From positions 58,437-122,436 of IMG/VR virus record IMGVR_UViG_3300020183_005033: a DNA stretch of 64,000 bases; one strand, 5' to 3'. The notes beneath the pieces are model-generated. The model ran no database searches and was not told where the DNA came from. It worked only from the letters and a program-made list of their open reading frames with translations. Shown here one piece after another: positions 30,124 through 39,207 of the stretch (the first letter of the stretch is position 1; every line of letters begins with the position of its first letter). The position numbers were made by a program, and so were the translations under genes. This stretch comes from a virus.

Positions 30124-32598
30124 ATGTCAGTTCAGTCAAGAGTCAATTGGTTGGGTGGTCAACGCATTGATCTTCCTGATTTGTTAGCAATTGATTCATA
30201 TGTTGTCAACGACATCCGCAATTTGCTTATGTCTCTCACCGGCGGCTCTTCGTTCGTTGTCAGTGGATTGGAAATAACTGAATGGGCTGGCCTGACGGTA
30301 AGCGTAAAGGTTTCGGATTGTTTAGTTTTTTGTCCCGGCAATTCAATTGCACCTTTTTATAAAGGTCTTCCGGGGGACTCAAACCTTTCTATTTCTCTTC
30401 AGTCTAACTCAGAAATATTTTTAGAACTTGTTTTAGAAACCTCGACTAGCGGCTCAGTTTCAAAGGGTTTTTGGGATTCTTTGGCAATTACGCCCGATTC
30501 TGCAGCGGGATCAGAATATGTAGAAACCGTTGACGCTCAGAAAATTATAATTCCAAAATTAGTTCAAAGATTTGGCGGGTTTACGCCAAACTCTATTAAA
30601 ATTGCAAAAATTAAGACAGGCGCTTCCGACGTTACCGAGGTTGTAGATTCAAGAGAGTTGTTTTTTAGGCTAGGATCAGGGGGTTCTGTTCCTAATCCTT
30701 CATATTCTTTTCCTTGGGACTCGACTTCGAGACAGGAGTCGCCTCAAAAATCGGATATCGCTTCTCGGCTGGCATCCACAGATCCCGCCTCGATTTACTA
30801 CTCAAACACAACCGACGGGACCGTACTCAACGATAAGGGTTTAAAGACTTTTAAAGATTGGCTGAACGCAACCATGTCGGTTTTGCGTGAAATTAAGGGT
30901 ACTCCGACTTGGTATCAAGATGCTGCAAGTTCCGTTGGTTTTCCTTTAAATTTATCTCTTTTGTCTTTGTTTCTTGATTCTACCGCTGGTCATTCTATTT
31001 TGGCTATTCCTTCGGCCACTGTTTTTTGGGGCTCTACGACGGGGGCTTTGGGAAACAAACTACACAGCGACGGTACATCTACAATTCAGTGGCAGGCCAA
31101 CTATGGATACACTCTTAAGTGGCAGCTCGGCGGAACCTACTCCTCTAATCGCATTTATGATAATGTTAATTTCATGTCGCCAGAAATCGACGAGGGCGAT
31201 GCTCTTTATTTGGCTTTACAGAGAAATGTTCGATTGACAGAAACGCCCGTTTTGTGGCGCCCAACCGTTTCCCCTGGCGGCGGACTGGATGCTGAAAAAT
31301 CCGTTGAAGGAAATGGATTGTTTATTGGCGTTGCGATTGGCGACTATATTAAAAAAGAATCCGAAGGGATTCTTGCGTATTACAGAGTTACAAAATTGTA
31401 TGACGGTTTGACGGTTGTAACCGCAGAAGGCTCTGTAGCGGGTCTTTCCGTCAGAGCCGTAGAAGTCGACCGAACTATCAATTCACAATCTACCGAGCAA
31501 TACAGGTATTTTAGATCTAGGTATTCTAATATTGATTTATATGTTCGCGGCTCGGGCGATGTTCCACCCAATGATGTAGATTGGTATTGGCTTGGAAGAA
31601 GAACTGGTTCTAGTTTTTATTTTAGGGATTATGGCAATCTTTCTCAAGGGGAAGAAATAGAAATTGTTGATCCCGGAGCTACAGACGAAAGTCAAAATGA
31701 TTTTGGAGTAGAGCCTATTTTGGCGCTACATCCGGACGTTGCCTACAAACTAAACACTCTCGGATTCGCTCCAAATCCGGATATGTCTGTTCCTGCAGAT
31801 GGATTGGTTTTAACTTTTTATAAACGAAAAACAAACAACAGGGTTAATTCTGATTCTACTCAAAATCCGACGATTTTTTCTTATGAACTAAACACCGCTA
31901 TTACCTTAAATGCGAATCAAGAGCTTTGGGTAAAGATTTCAGATTTGTATTCTGCCGCTCCGTATTCTTTGGCCGCCGGTGATGTAACAGACGTTACAAC
32001 AACAAACGTCTATCAAGTCAGAGATGCTACGGACTCTCCTTTAAGAAACTATGACAACCGTCAAGTATTTATGCTTGCCAAGCAAATAACTATCGGCTCG
32101 GCCTCATATGTTGTTTTCTTTGACGGAACCGTCGTGGGGGCTAAAGGCCGAGCTACTCCACAAAGACTCCAGGTAGAAAATGTTTGGATTCATGACACTG
32201 AAGTCGACGTGACAACAACTGTAACTCCTGCTCGTCTATTTGAAAACGCAAACGCAATCAAAATTGGTCAGGCCAATAGCGTTATTCGTATTGAGGGTGC
32301 TCAGTCTGTAAAAAGAGCAAATGTTTCAGGAACTTATTCTGTTTTATCCACAGATCACATTCTTTCTGTTGACACCTCTTCCGCAGCTGCTACGATTACT
32401 TTACCGGTAATTAGCGCAGTCGGGGATGGTCATACAGTAATCGTAAAAGATAAGTCAAACAATTCTTATACCAATACGATTACTCTTACACCTAGCGGCG
32501 GAAATACGGTAGACGGTCAGTCTTCTTTTGTAATTCAGTCAGATGGAGCGGCTTTCGTGCTTGTTGCAAATGCAGCCGGAGACTGGGAACTTATGTAA
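30124..32598 (+). CDS. tail-fibre anchor/baseplate peripheral protein
   Basis: N-terminal RVNWLGGQRIDLPD; C-terminal VDTSSAAATITLP...VIVKD...TLTPSGGNTVDG (T4 gp9/gp10-like module). Confidence 0.55.
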   Translation: MSVQSRVNWLGGQRIDLPDLLAIDSYVVNDIRNLLMSLTGGSSFVVSGLEITEWAGLTVSVKVSDCLVFCPGNSIAPFYKGLPGDSNLSISLQSNSEIFLELVLETSTSGSVSKGFWDSLAITPDSAAGSEYVETVDAQKIIIPKLVQRFGGFTPNSIKIAKIKTGASDVTEVVDSRELFFRLGSGGSVPNPSYSFPWDSTSRQESPQKSDIASRLASTDPASIYYSNTTDGTVLNDKGLKTFKDWLNATMSVLREIKGTPTWYQDAASSVGFPLNLSLLSLFLDSTAGHSILAIPSATVFWGSTTGALGNKLHSDGTSTIQWQANYGYTLKWQLGGTYSSNRIYDNVNFMSPEIDEGDALYLALQRNVRLTETPVLWRPTVSPGGGLDAEKSVEGNGLFIGVAIGDYIKKESEGILAYYRVTKLYDGLTVVTAEGSVAGLSVRAVEVDRTINSQSTEQYRYFRSRYSNIDLYVRGSGDVPPNDVDWYWLGRRTGSSFYFRDYGNLSQGEEIEIVDPGATDESQNDFGVEPILALHPDVAYKLNTLGFAPNPDMSVPADGLVLTFYKRKTNNRVNSDSTQNPTIFSYELNTAITLNANQELWVKISDLYSAAPYSLAAGDVTDVTTTNVYQVRDATDSPLRNYDNRQVFMLAKQITIGSASYVVFFDGTVVGAKGRATPQRLQVENVWIHDTEVDVTTTVTPARLFENANAIKIGQANSVIRIEGAQSVKRANVSGTYSVLSTDHILSVDTSSAAATITLPVISAVGDGHTVIVKDKSNNSYTNTITLTPSGGNTVDGQSSFVIQSDGAAFVLVANAAGDWELM

Positions 32599-32610
32599 GG
32601 AGTTATTTTT

Positions 32611-33027
32611 ATGAACAATGTTATTGACTTAAATAAAAAAATTAGACAAAAGACACTTGCATCAATTATTCGCCGAGAAACTCTCGGCGTAGACCTTACT
32701 CAAAATCAAATCTACAAGTTGCGAGTCGGCACATCATTATGGTTTGACGCAGATGATGCTATAGTCGTTGTTCAAAAGAACGGAGACGACTTTAAAGTAT
32801 TATTATGTCCTGTCAACAGAGACTTGCTCGAAGGAAAGTGGGAAAACTTTGGTTTGTTGAGTTGGCTTTGGCTCCGCCACATCAAGCTCAAGAGAGTCGG
32901 CAAGCACAGGGCATCTTCAGATGAGTTCAAAGTGCTACTTCAAAGGACTACCGGAGTTGACGCAGACATTGAGTTTGTGAGAACATTGCCTCAACTACCG
33001 GAAATCAATCCGGCTTATTCGATGTGA
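32611..33027 (+). CDS. hypothetical protein
   Basis: AAGGAG RBS, 138 aa. Confidence 0.65.
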   Translation: MNNVIDLNKKIRQKTLASIIRRETLGVDLTQNQIYKLRVGTSLWFDADDAIVVVQKNGDDFKVLLCPVNRDLLEGKWENFGLLSWLWLRHIKLKRVGKHRASSDEFKVLLQRTTGVDADIEFVRTLPQLPEINPAYSM

Positions 33028-33031
33028 GATT

Positions 33032-33712
33032 ATGGCCAAGGTGACCGAACAACAACTAGCTCAGCAGAAACTCTTGAAAGAACTACAAGAGTCATACGAG
33101 CGTGATTATGCTTGGCTAAACGACGAAGAGCGCAACATTGCTGAGAGAGCGCTCGCTGCCCAAAAGACGTTGGTTGTTAGTCCTTCTCAAGAAGCCGCCT
33201 TGTTTGGCGTGTACGCGATGGGCAGAACTTGTGTTCAGATTGCTAGGCAGTCAGGTCATCTTCCTGAGACTATTGTATTGAGTATGCTTCGGTACAACTG
33301 GTGCCTTAGAATGCAGATGGCCAATCAACAAGCCGATGGCAGCGTCTTGGAAGTCTTTGGTAAAGAGGCTATCGACACAATCTTTACTATGACTAAGATT
33401 GCTATTGAGAATGACTTGAAAAAAGTCTTAGCTGGCGAGATGGCGGCGGGCGACTCTGGCTTTGTTCCTAAGAACATAAAAGAGATGAAAGACTTTCTAG
33501 GAATTGTTGGAGAAGTTCATAAGATTGATGCCTTCATGCGTCTCGGAGCCAAGCAGCCTTTGGTCAATGTCAGCAACCAGACGTTGACTCTTAATGGCGG
33601 CCAATCTCAAACGCAGACTCAAGTCACAGATGCTCAAACAGTTGAGCTGCTGGAAACATCAGAAAAACGAATTGAAGCTTTAAAAGCATTGGAAGAAGAT
33701 AGTAAAGAATAG
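33032..33712 (+). CDS. putative terminase small subunit / HTH protein
   Basis: HTH-like GRTCVQIARQSGHLPETI, helical core, C-terminal VNVSNQTLTLNG strand; inference only. Confidence 0.4.
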   Translation: MAKVTEQQLAQQKLLKELQESYERDYAWLNDEERNIAERALAAQKTLVVSPSQEAALFGVYAMGRTCVQIARQSGHLPETIVLSMLRYNWCLRMQMANQQADGSVLEVFGKEAIDTIFTMTKIAIENDLKKVLAGEMAAGDSGFVPKNIKEMKDFLGIVGEVHKIDAFMRLGAKQPLVNVSNQTLTLNGGQSQTQTQVTDAQTVELLETSEKRIEALKALEEDSKE

Positions 33713-33725
33713 TTAGGAGAATTTT

Positions 33726-33986
33726 ATGTTTAAGTATTTAATTTTGTTTGTTTTGATTGCTTGTCAGTCTACTCCTGCCCCACAGCCACAGCCGTCTCCA
33801 GCAGAAATGGCATGTGCGACCGTTTATGACCCTCATATTTGTCTTATTACTATTGACAGTACGACGTTTGCAGGGCATGGTCAAAACAGGTGCCAAGCTC
33901 TCAGAAAGCTTCGTGCCACACTAACTGAGCGCGGCCACAACCCGCTAATCGCTCAAAGAGCCGAGTGTGGCAGAGTTTTTGAGTAG
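33726..33986 (+). CDS. lipoprotein
   Basis: MFKYLILFVLIA-C lipobox, P/Q linker, four further Cys. Confidence 0.7.
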   Translation: MFKYLILFVLIACQSTPAPQPQPSPAEMACATVYDPHICLITIDSTTFAGHGQNRCQALRKLRATLTERGHNPLIAQRAECGRVFE

Positions 33987-33999
33987 TCAGGAGATTCTT

Positions 34000-34854
34000 A
34001 TGAACAACGAAACTCAAGAAGAACAAAAACAAGAATGCTTTAGCAAAAGAACTGGCTACAAAATGGCCGACAGGCAAGTTGGCTATCGAGGCAAAAAGTT
34101 TGAAAAGAAATGCTTTCAGAGGCAACTAAGAGAAAAATACGAATCCAATGAAGTTATACCCCTAGGGGACATAGAGATAAAAGAAATCCCATTTAAAGAG
34201 GCTCAAGATTTTATCTTGAAGTATGAGTGGCTTGGCACGATGGGTACGACAAAATTTTCAATAGGAATTTTTTGCAAAAATATACTATGTGGCGTTGCAT
34301 GTTTTGGCCTTACGGCGGGAACAGCTTCTCTATCAGAGCCATTTGGAGAAGAGTATAAAAACAAAGGAATTGTTTTGGTTAGGGGTGCGTGCGCAAGTAA
34401 TGCTCATCAGCACTGCGGAAGCTATCTAATTGGCAAATGCAAAAAGATATTAGAAGAAAAAGGATATCTTTTTTGTATAGCGTATTCAGACCCAGAGGCT
34501 GGAGAAATAGGCACGATATATCAGGCAACTAATTGGAATTTTTACGGTTTCACAAGCAAAGTAAACTACCTTGTCAGACCCGACGGAAAAAGAGTAGACC
34601 CAAAAATTATTCATAAGTATTCAAAAAAACACAAAATATCATACTCAGAGCAAAAAGAACTCTTTTTAAAAGAGGGTTATTACTTTGAAAAAGGTAATAA
34701 AAAAATGAAATACCTTATGTATTTTGGTAACAAAAGAGAAGTTAAACAAATGCTTAAGCATAAAAAAGTCAAATTTTATCAATACTTAAAAAGAGAGCAT
34801 TTTGAAACCTTAGATTTAATATACGAAACTAGCCTCGTTGAAAAAAACACCTAA
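34000..34854 (+). CDS. Mu Mom-like (GNAT-fold) DNA modification protein
   Basis: EAQDFILKYEWLG, LCGVACFG, LVRGAC, IAYSDPEAGEIGTIYQATNWNFYG. Confidence 0.75.
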   Translation: MNNETQEEQKQECFSKRTGYKMADRQVGYRGKKFEKKCFQRQLREKYESNEVIPLGDIEIKEIPFKEAQDFILKYEWLGTMGTTKFSIGIFCKNILCGVACFGLTAGTASLSEPFGEEYKNKGIVLVRGACASNAHQHCGSYLIGKCKKILEEKGYLFCIAYSDPEAGEIGTIYQATNWNFYGFTSKVNYLVRPDGKRVDPKIIHKYSKKHKISYSEQKELFLKEGYYFEKGNKKMKYLMYFGNKREVKQMLKHKKVKFYQYLKREHFETLDLIYETSLVEKNT

Positions 34855-34878
34855 AGGTTTTTGTTGACCCTCCGATAA
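34851..34878 (+). promoter_or_regulatory. sigma-28-type promoter P2
   Basis: CTAAAG; TAAA-N15-TCCGATAA; GGGAGGTG RBS and ATG 34911. Confidence 0.8.
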
Positions 34879-34910
34879 GACTTATGTAAGTCAACTACGG
34901 GAGGTGCTGC

Positions 34911-35132
34911 ATGTACACAGTTCTTATTGAGTCTGATGTTGCTCCAATGACCATGCCTAACTGGACAATTGACCAATCCTTTGAGGCTGAGTTTGACACA
35001 CTAGGCGAAGCGGAGTCCTACGTGCGCTCATTGGAGCGTTGGTCCGCAGCAGATGCTCATGATGAGCTATGGGCTTGGCACGGTCCACAATTTAGAATCT
35101 TTTCAGAAGAGGCAGGAGACTTTTGTGATTAA
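34911..35132 (+). CDS. small acidic hypothetical protein
   Basis: Strong RBS; first gene behind P2. Confidence 0.7.
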   Translation: MYTVLIESDVAPMTMPNWTIDQSFEAEFDTLGEAESYVRSLERWSAADAHDELWAWHGPQFRIFSEEAGDFCD

Positions 35133-35145
35133 AAGGGGATTGATT

Positions 35146-35508
35146 ATGTTTAAGTATTTGAGTTTATTTGTGTTTTTGGTTGGTTGTGGCGCTCCGCAAA
35201 CTCCAGACGAAGTCAAAGCAGACAACTTCTTGCAAGAGTTTGTGGGCGACTGTAAAAAAGTCCATGGAGACAGGTGCGATGTTCCCATGACAGTTCACAG
35301 CCTTAGCGAGTCTGCCGACGAGCAGACTTGTTGGACAGAAGACGGTAATCCTATTAGGTCTGTGGTGCTTCATAGGGAGGCGGTGACCCGAGGCAACAGG
35401 GCGGCTGTCTACCAAGAGTTGTTTTATTGCAGCCTGAATTTAAGCACGCTTCAGAGTGACCTGTTGAGTTTAGAAGAGTTTGCCAAGGCTATTGGTCTAA
35501 GTAAATAA
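35146..35508 (+). CDS. lipoprotein; probable catalytically inactive zincin paralogue
   Basis: MFKYLSLFVFLVG-C; AAVYQELFYCSLN aligns with ALIAHELAHCALG of 37360-37962. Confidence 0.65.
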   Translation: MFKYLSLFVFLVGCGAPQTPDEVKADNFLQEFVGDCKKVHGDRCDVPMTVHSLSESADEQTCWTEDGNPIRSVVLHREAVTRGNRAAVYQELFYCSLNLSTLQSDLLSLEEFAKAIGLSK

Positions 35509-35509
35509 T

Positions 35510-35692
35510 CTATAATAAGGATTTGGTTTATTATAGTCTACGCTCGTAGCCTATAATAAGCTCATGGACAAAGTTTTACAAAAATGAAGTTTAGATGACG
35601 TGCAGATGAAATCTATTGACCATTTTAGTGTTGGTTGGTCAATAGAAGTCATTAGAATGGCCAATAGGCGGTCAATAGAAAATGATTGGCCA
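35510..35692. repeat. cluster of direct and inverted repeats in a probably non-coding gap
   Basis: CTATAATAA direct/inverted/direct (35510, 35528, 35551); 11-bp IR 35612/35636; CA(A/T)TAG at 35640, 35650, 35662, 35673; 8-bp IR 35658/35685. Confidence 0.65.
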
Positions 35693-35938
35693 GTTGAGCA
35701 GGTGTTGTATGCTTGTTTGAGGTGGGACTTGTGAGTTACCGAGAAATACTTTGCTTCATGACTCGGAAGAACAGGCCATCCAGTTTCTTGATACACCGAC
35801 TCATGTTTTGTTTGACAAGACCCCTAATGAGCATATAAAAGATGGTTACGGCCAGACGGTCATCGAGTGGCTGAATGAGTTGGTCGGACGTTAATAGCAT
35901 TCTAAAGAATATTAATAACATTCCATGGAGAACAAAAA

Positions 35939-36151
35939 ATGACAGAATCTCAATGGCTTGACGCTCAGAAGGCTTACGACAGAGTTAGGGCATTATTAGT
36001 TCAAGATGGCCAAACAATGGAACAGGCTCAAAAGACTCTTGAGACTCTTGTACTGTTTGTGATGGGAAGTAAACTCAATAAAGAAGAAAGCAACGTCCAT
36101 TTGGCCAAGTTTTTAGAGGCTATGTTGAAGGGCGATAAGCCACAGTGTTAA
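35939..36151 (+). CDS. hypothetical protein
   Basis: GGAG RBS, 70 aa. Confidence 0.65.
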   Translation: MTESQWLDAQKAYDRVRALLVQDGQTMEQAQKTLETLVLFVMGSKLNKEESNVHLAKFLEAMLKGDKPQC

Positions 36152-36193
36152 ATAGTTTGAAATGTTTCTATTTTTTTCTAACTAGGTATTTTT

Positions 36194-36526
36194 ATGAAAA
36201 ACTTATTTTTATGTGTGCTATTGGTTGGTTGCGCTTCATCTCCGCAGGTTCCAAATTCTGCTCCGCAGCCAACACCCACCCCCACTCAAGCACCTAAGCG
36301 TCAGCCAAAATATAAGATAGGCGACTGCCTCATGATTGTTGACTTGCCAAACGGAGAGACTAAGTCTCGCCATAGAGTCAGAGTTGAGAAAGTCGGCGTT
36401 GACCGTTATTACTACAGATGGCTTCTTGACGATGGGCGCTGGGATACAGAACTATCTAGTAATGTAGGCAAATTTGAAGTTTTAGAAAAAATTTCAAAAA
36501 AAGTGTTTGACTGCCCTAAAGGTTAA
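36194..36526 (+). CDS. lipoprotein with P/T linker and SH3-like beta domain
   Basis: MKNLFLCVLLVG-C; PQPTPTPTQAP; PKYKIGDCL. Confidence 0.7.
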   Translation: MKNLFLCVLLVGCASSPQVPNSAPQPTPTPTQAPKRQPKYKIGDCLMIVDLPNGETKSRHRVRVEKVGVDRYYYRWLLDDGRWDTELSSNVGKFEVLEKISKKVFDCPKG

Positions 36527-36543
36527 CGCTAGACAGCCGATAA
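36516..36543 (+). promoter_or_regulatory. sigma-28-type promoter P3 (perfect consensus)
   Basis: CTAAAG; TAAA-N15-GCCGATAA; GGAGGTG RBS and ATG 36564. Confidence 0.85.
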
Positions 36544-36563
36544 GTATTGTAATGGAGGTGATT

Positions 36564-36761
36564 ATGAAGAACCTAGCAAGCGAAATCAAAAAGGCAGTTA
36601 ACGCTAAATGTGCGCCCAATGGTAGGGCAAATCTTATTGTCCACCTTAAAGACGGACAGCGCATCAAAATAGAAAAAGTAAATGCGGGTGACTTTTACAC
36701 ACCCATGGTCATTGCTGAGTCTTTTCCAAATGTGGCCAAGGCAGAATTAGAAGTTTATTAA
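36564..36761 (+). CDS. small hypothetical protein
   Basis: GGAGGTG RBS; start reassigned to ATG 36564. Confidence 0.7.
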   Translation: MKNLASEIKKAVNAKCAPNGRANLIVHLKDGQRIKIEKVNAGDFYTPMVIAESFPNVAKAELEVY

Positions 36762-36770
36762 GGAGGTTTT

Positions 36771-36860
36771 GTGACTGAGTATCAATTGTTTCTTATGTTT
36801 GCTACTTTCATGGCAGTTCTTTTTGGGACAGGACTGCTTGTTAATATCCTTCAGGACTAA
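36771..36860 (+). CDS. small membrane peptide (29 aa, not in ORF track)
   Basis: AAGGAGG RBS with GTG start; MTEYQLFLMFATFMAVLFGTGLLVNILQD. Confidence 0.7.
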   Translation: MTEYQLFLMFATFMAVLFGTGLLVNILQD

Positions 36861-36871
36861 GGAGTCTTGCC

Positions 36872-37159
36872 ATGGCTAACCACAAAATCATGCTCCAAGC
36901 CTCTAGCTACCTGACTCAAATGGGCATCCCATTCCAGTCAGTCAAGATGTTTGGCAAGCTGTTGGTTATCCATACCAACGACCACCATGCTGCAAAAATC
37001 ATTCAAAGTATTCTTAGCGGCTCTGGCGTCAATAAAACAGGAATTGAAGAGCCAGACAGAATGAATGACGACTACGTTGTAACTGGTCTTATTGATGATG
37101 CCATCAATGAAGCTCTCGAAGAGTTTGACGATATAGACTATGGGGATGAAGAGCAATGA
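36872..37159 (+). CDS. hypothetical protein
   Basis: AAGGAG RBS; acidic tail. Confidence 0.65.
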   Translation: MANHKIMLQASSYLTQMGIPFQSVKMFGKLLVIHTNDHHAAKIIQSILSGSGVNKTGIEEPDRMNDDYVVTGLIDDAINEALEEFDDIDYGDEEQ

Positions 37160-37347
37160 AGTTAATTTATCTCATTATCCTATTTCAAATCTGCGGCAAC
37201 ACTATGGCTATTTTTGAGGATGGTGAGCCTACTTTAGCTTGTCATCTAGTTAAGCAACAATGTGTGAGTCTGTCTATTGCGCAACTTATGATGCTGCGCC
37301 AGACTTCATCTTGTACAAAACTTAAAGAGTTTAAAGTGGTTGAGTAG
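37156..37347 (+). CDS. small exported or lipoprotein-like protein
   Basis: MKLIYLIILFQIC hydrophobic N-terminus; ATGA overlap. Confidence 0.5.
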   Translation: MKLIYLIILFQICGNTMAIFEDGEPTLACHLVKQQCVSLSIAQLMMLRQTSSCTKLKEFKVVE

Positions 37348-37359
37348 TTAGGGGGACTT

Positions 37360-37962
37360 ATGCGTTTTGTCTTTATGGCTATATTGTTGGTTGGATGTGG
37401 GACAGGTCTTGGAACTACAGAAGTAGAAAAGATTGTGGAAGTCCCCCAACCCTTTTATATTGACACCCATAAAGTAGACGCCAAACTTCTTCCCCACGTT
37501 ATGGAATTTGCCGGATATTGTGACAAGTTTGGAACATCTACCAAGTGCAAGGAAAACTTTAATAAAATCAAGTCAATACGGATTGTAGAGTCTTTTCCTG
37601 AAAAGTTTGTTATTGGCAAGTGTTATGTATCTTCCTCAAAGCGCTGGGTCGAGGTTCTTGACTGGCAGGACTCAGACTCTTTTTCAACTAAAGCTTTGAT
37701 TGCGCACGAGCTGGCTCACTGCGCCCTTGGCGACCCCTTTTCTCACTACGACGAGGAAGATGACATCATGAATAGCTACTTAATCTCAGACCAGACCATC
37801 TTTCGTAGCTGGCCACAGCTCATTAAAGCTATGTTTTTACGCGCTGGCGGCTCTTTACCGTTGACACAAGAAGAAAATGCTTCTACAGTTACTCAGTCAA
37901 TCATTACTGAGACAGGAGAGGTGGCTTGTGAAACCAGAGAAAATTCAATACCAAGACATTGA
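37360..37962 (+). CDS. lipoprotein zinc metallopeptidase (metzincin-like)
   Basis: MRFVFMAILLVG-C lipobox; HELAHCALGDPFSH Zn motif; DIMNSY Met-turn. Confidence 0.75.
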   Translation: MRFVFMAILLVGCGTGLGTTEVEKIVEVPQPFYIDTHKVDAKLLPHVMEFAGYCDKFGTSTKCKENFNKIKSIRIVESFPEKFVIGKCYVSSSKRWVEVLDWQDSDSFSTKALIAHELAHCALGDPFSHYDEEDDIMNSYLISDQTIFRSWPQLIKAMFLRAGGSLPLTQEENASTVTQSIITETGEVACETRENSIPRH

Positions 37963-38299
37963 AGACAAGTTTCCGCAGCTCTTAAGGTGTGGTTTAGAAG
38001 TCAACGAGGGTTGGTTATCATTAATTTGGGACATGTGTGAGCATCTTTTAGCCTCAAGAGAGGCTATTGGTGTTCCCATTTCAGAAGAAAATCCTCTGCA
38101 CTTTACACAAATTAAAGAAAAGTTTGGAACTCTTCGGGCATATGCAACTACGTCTACAGAAGAAGACGAGAGAATTATTTCTATGTTTGAAGATATGAGT
38201 CAGTTTGTTTGTTCTGTTTGTTCTAAGCCAGGACAAATTAAAGGAAAGCATTGGCTTTATGTTGCTTGCGATGAGCATACGAGTCCTTCTGATAAGTAA
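37928..38299 (+). CDS. conserved phage hypothetical protein with Zn ribbon
   Basis: GWLSLI...QIKEKFGTLRAY...CSVCSKPG...VACDEH; GAGGTG RBS with GTG start. Confidence 0.7.
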   Translation: MKPEKIQYQDIEDKFPQLLRCGLEVNEGWLSLIWDMCEHLLASREAIGVPISEENPLHFTQIKEKFGTLRAYATTSTEEDERIISMFEDMSQFVCSVCSKPGQIKGKHWLYVACDEHTSPSDK

Positions 38300-38307
38300 G
38301 GAATTTT

Positions 38308-39207
38308 ATGGATTATTTTAAATTTTTAAAGGTTACTGAGGCTGCGGCTATTGCTAGTTCTAAGTGGATTGGAAAAATGGATAAGAATGCAGCAGATGGG
38401 GCTGCTGTAGACGCCATGAGAGCCGAATTTGATTCTATTAACTTTAGAGGGATTGTGGTCATAGGTGAAGGTGAACTCGACGAAGCTCCTATGTTGTACG
38501 TTGGAGAAAAACTTGGCACAGGCCGTGGCGACAAGTACGATATTGCTGTAGACCCACTTGAAGGAACTGAGTTAGTCGCCAAAGGCAAGCCTAATGCTCT
38601 GTCTGTTATGGCAGTAGGAGAATGGTACAGCCTTATGAGCGCACCTGACTGCTATATGGACAAGATTGTCGTAGGCTCTAAAGCCAAAAACGCCTCTATA
38701 TCATTATTCAAAACAACCGAAGAAAATCTCAAAGAAGTCTCAGCTCATCTTAAAAAGCCAATTGAAGAAATGACAGTCTGTGTCCTCGATAGGCCGAGAC
38801 ATGCTGATTTGATTAAAGAAATTACCCAACTAGGAGCTAAAATATCACTTATCAGCGACGGAGACGTGCTGGCAGCTATTGGTGTCTGCATGGGCAAGTA
38901 CGACATGTTGATGGGGATTGGCGGCGCTCCGGAGGGTGTTGTCTCGGCTGCCGCTATTAAGAGTCTTGGGGGGAAGATACTAGGTCGATTAGTATTAGAT
39001 ACTCCAGAACTTAAAGAACGAGCAGCTTTTATGCACAAAACAGACGAAAAAGAGTACGATACTGACAGGATGGTTAGCGGAAAAGCGGCTTTTATTGCAA
39101 CAGGAGTGACTGACTCATTCCTACTTGATGGAGTGACTCACAACCAAACTCATTCAGTTATTTTGACTCCAAAGGAAAAAAGATTTATAAAGACGACTTA
39201 TGGCTAA
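38308..39207 (+). CDS. glpX: class II fructose-1,6-bisphosphatase (possibly also SBPase)
   Basis: VTEAAAIA, DKNAADGAAVDAMR, VVIGEGELDEAPMLYVGE, DIAVDPLEGT, LDRPRH, ISDGDV, GIGGAPEGV, FIATGVTD. Confidence 0.95.
   Translation: MDYFKFLKVTEAAAIASSKWIGKMDKNAADGAAVDAMRAEFDSINFRGIVVIGEGELDEAPMLYVGEKLGTGRGDKYDIAVDPLEGTELVAKGKPNALSVMAVGEWYSLMSAPDCYMDKIVVGSKAKNASISLFKTTEENLKEVSAHLKKPIEEMTVCVLDRPRHADLIKEITQLGAKISLISDGDVLAAIGVCMGKYDMLMGIGGAPEGVVSAAAIKSLGGKILGRLVLDTPELKERAAFMHKTDEKEYDTDRMVSGKAAFIATGVTDSFLLDGVTHNQTHSVILTPKEKRFIKTTYG

Noticed and set aside
6005-32598. Extracellular contractile injection system or tailocin rather than a phage
   Set aside because: Terminase, portal, head morphogenesis protein and prohead protease are in the same window.
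35564-35894. Frame with five in-frame TGA codons (possible TGA=Trp recoding) or an RF2-like +1 frameshift at AGG TGG GAC TTG TGA G
   Set aside because: TGA is a normal stop elsewhere (dut, the hub gene, many ATGA overlaps) and TTG-to-TGT re-pairing is poor. Chance or a decayed gene is more likely.
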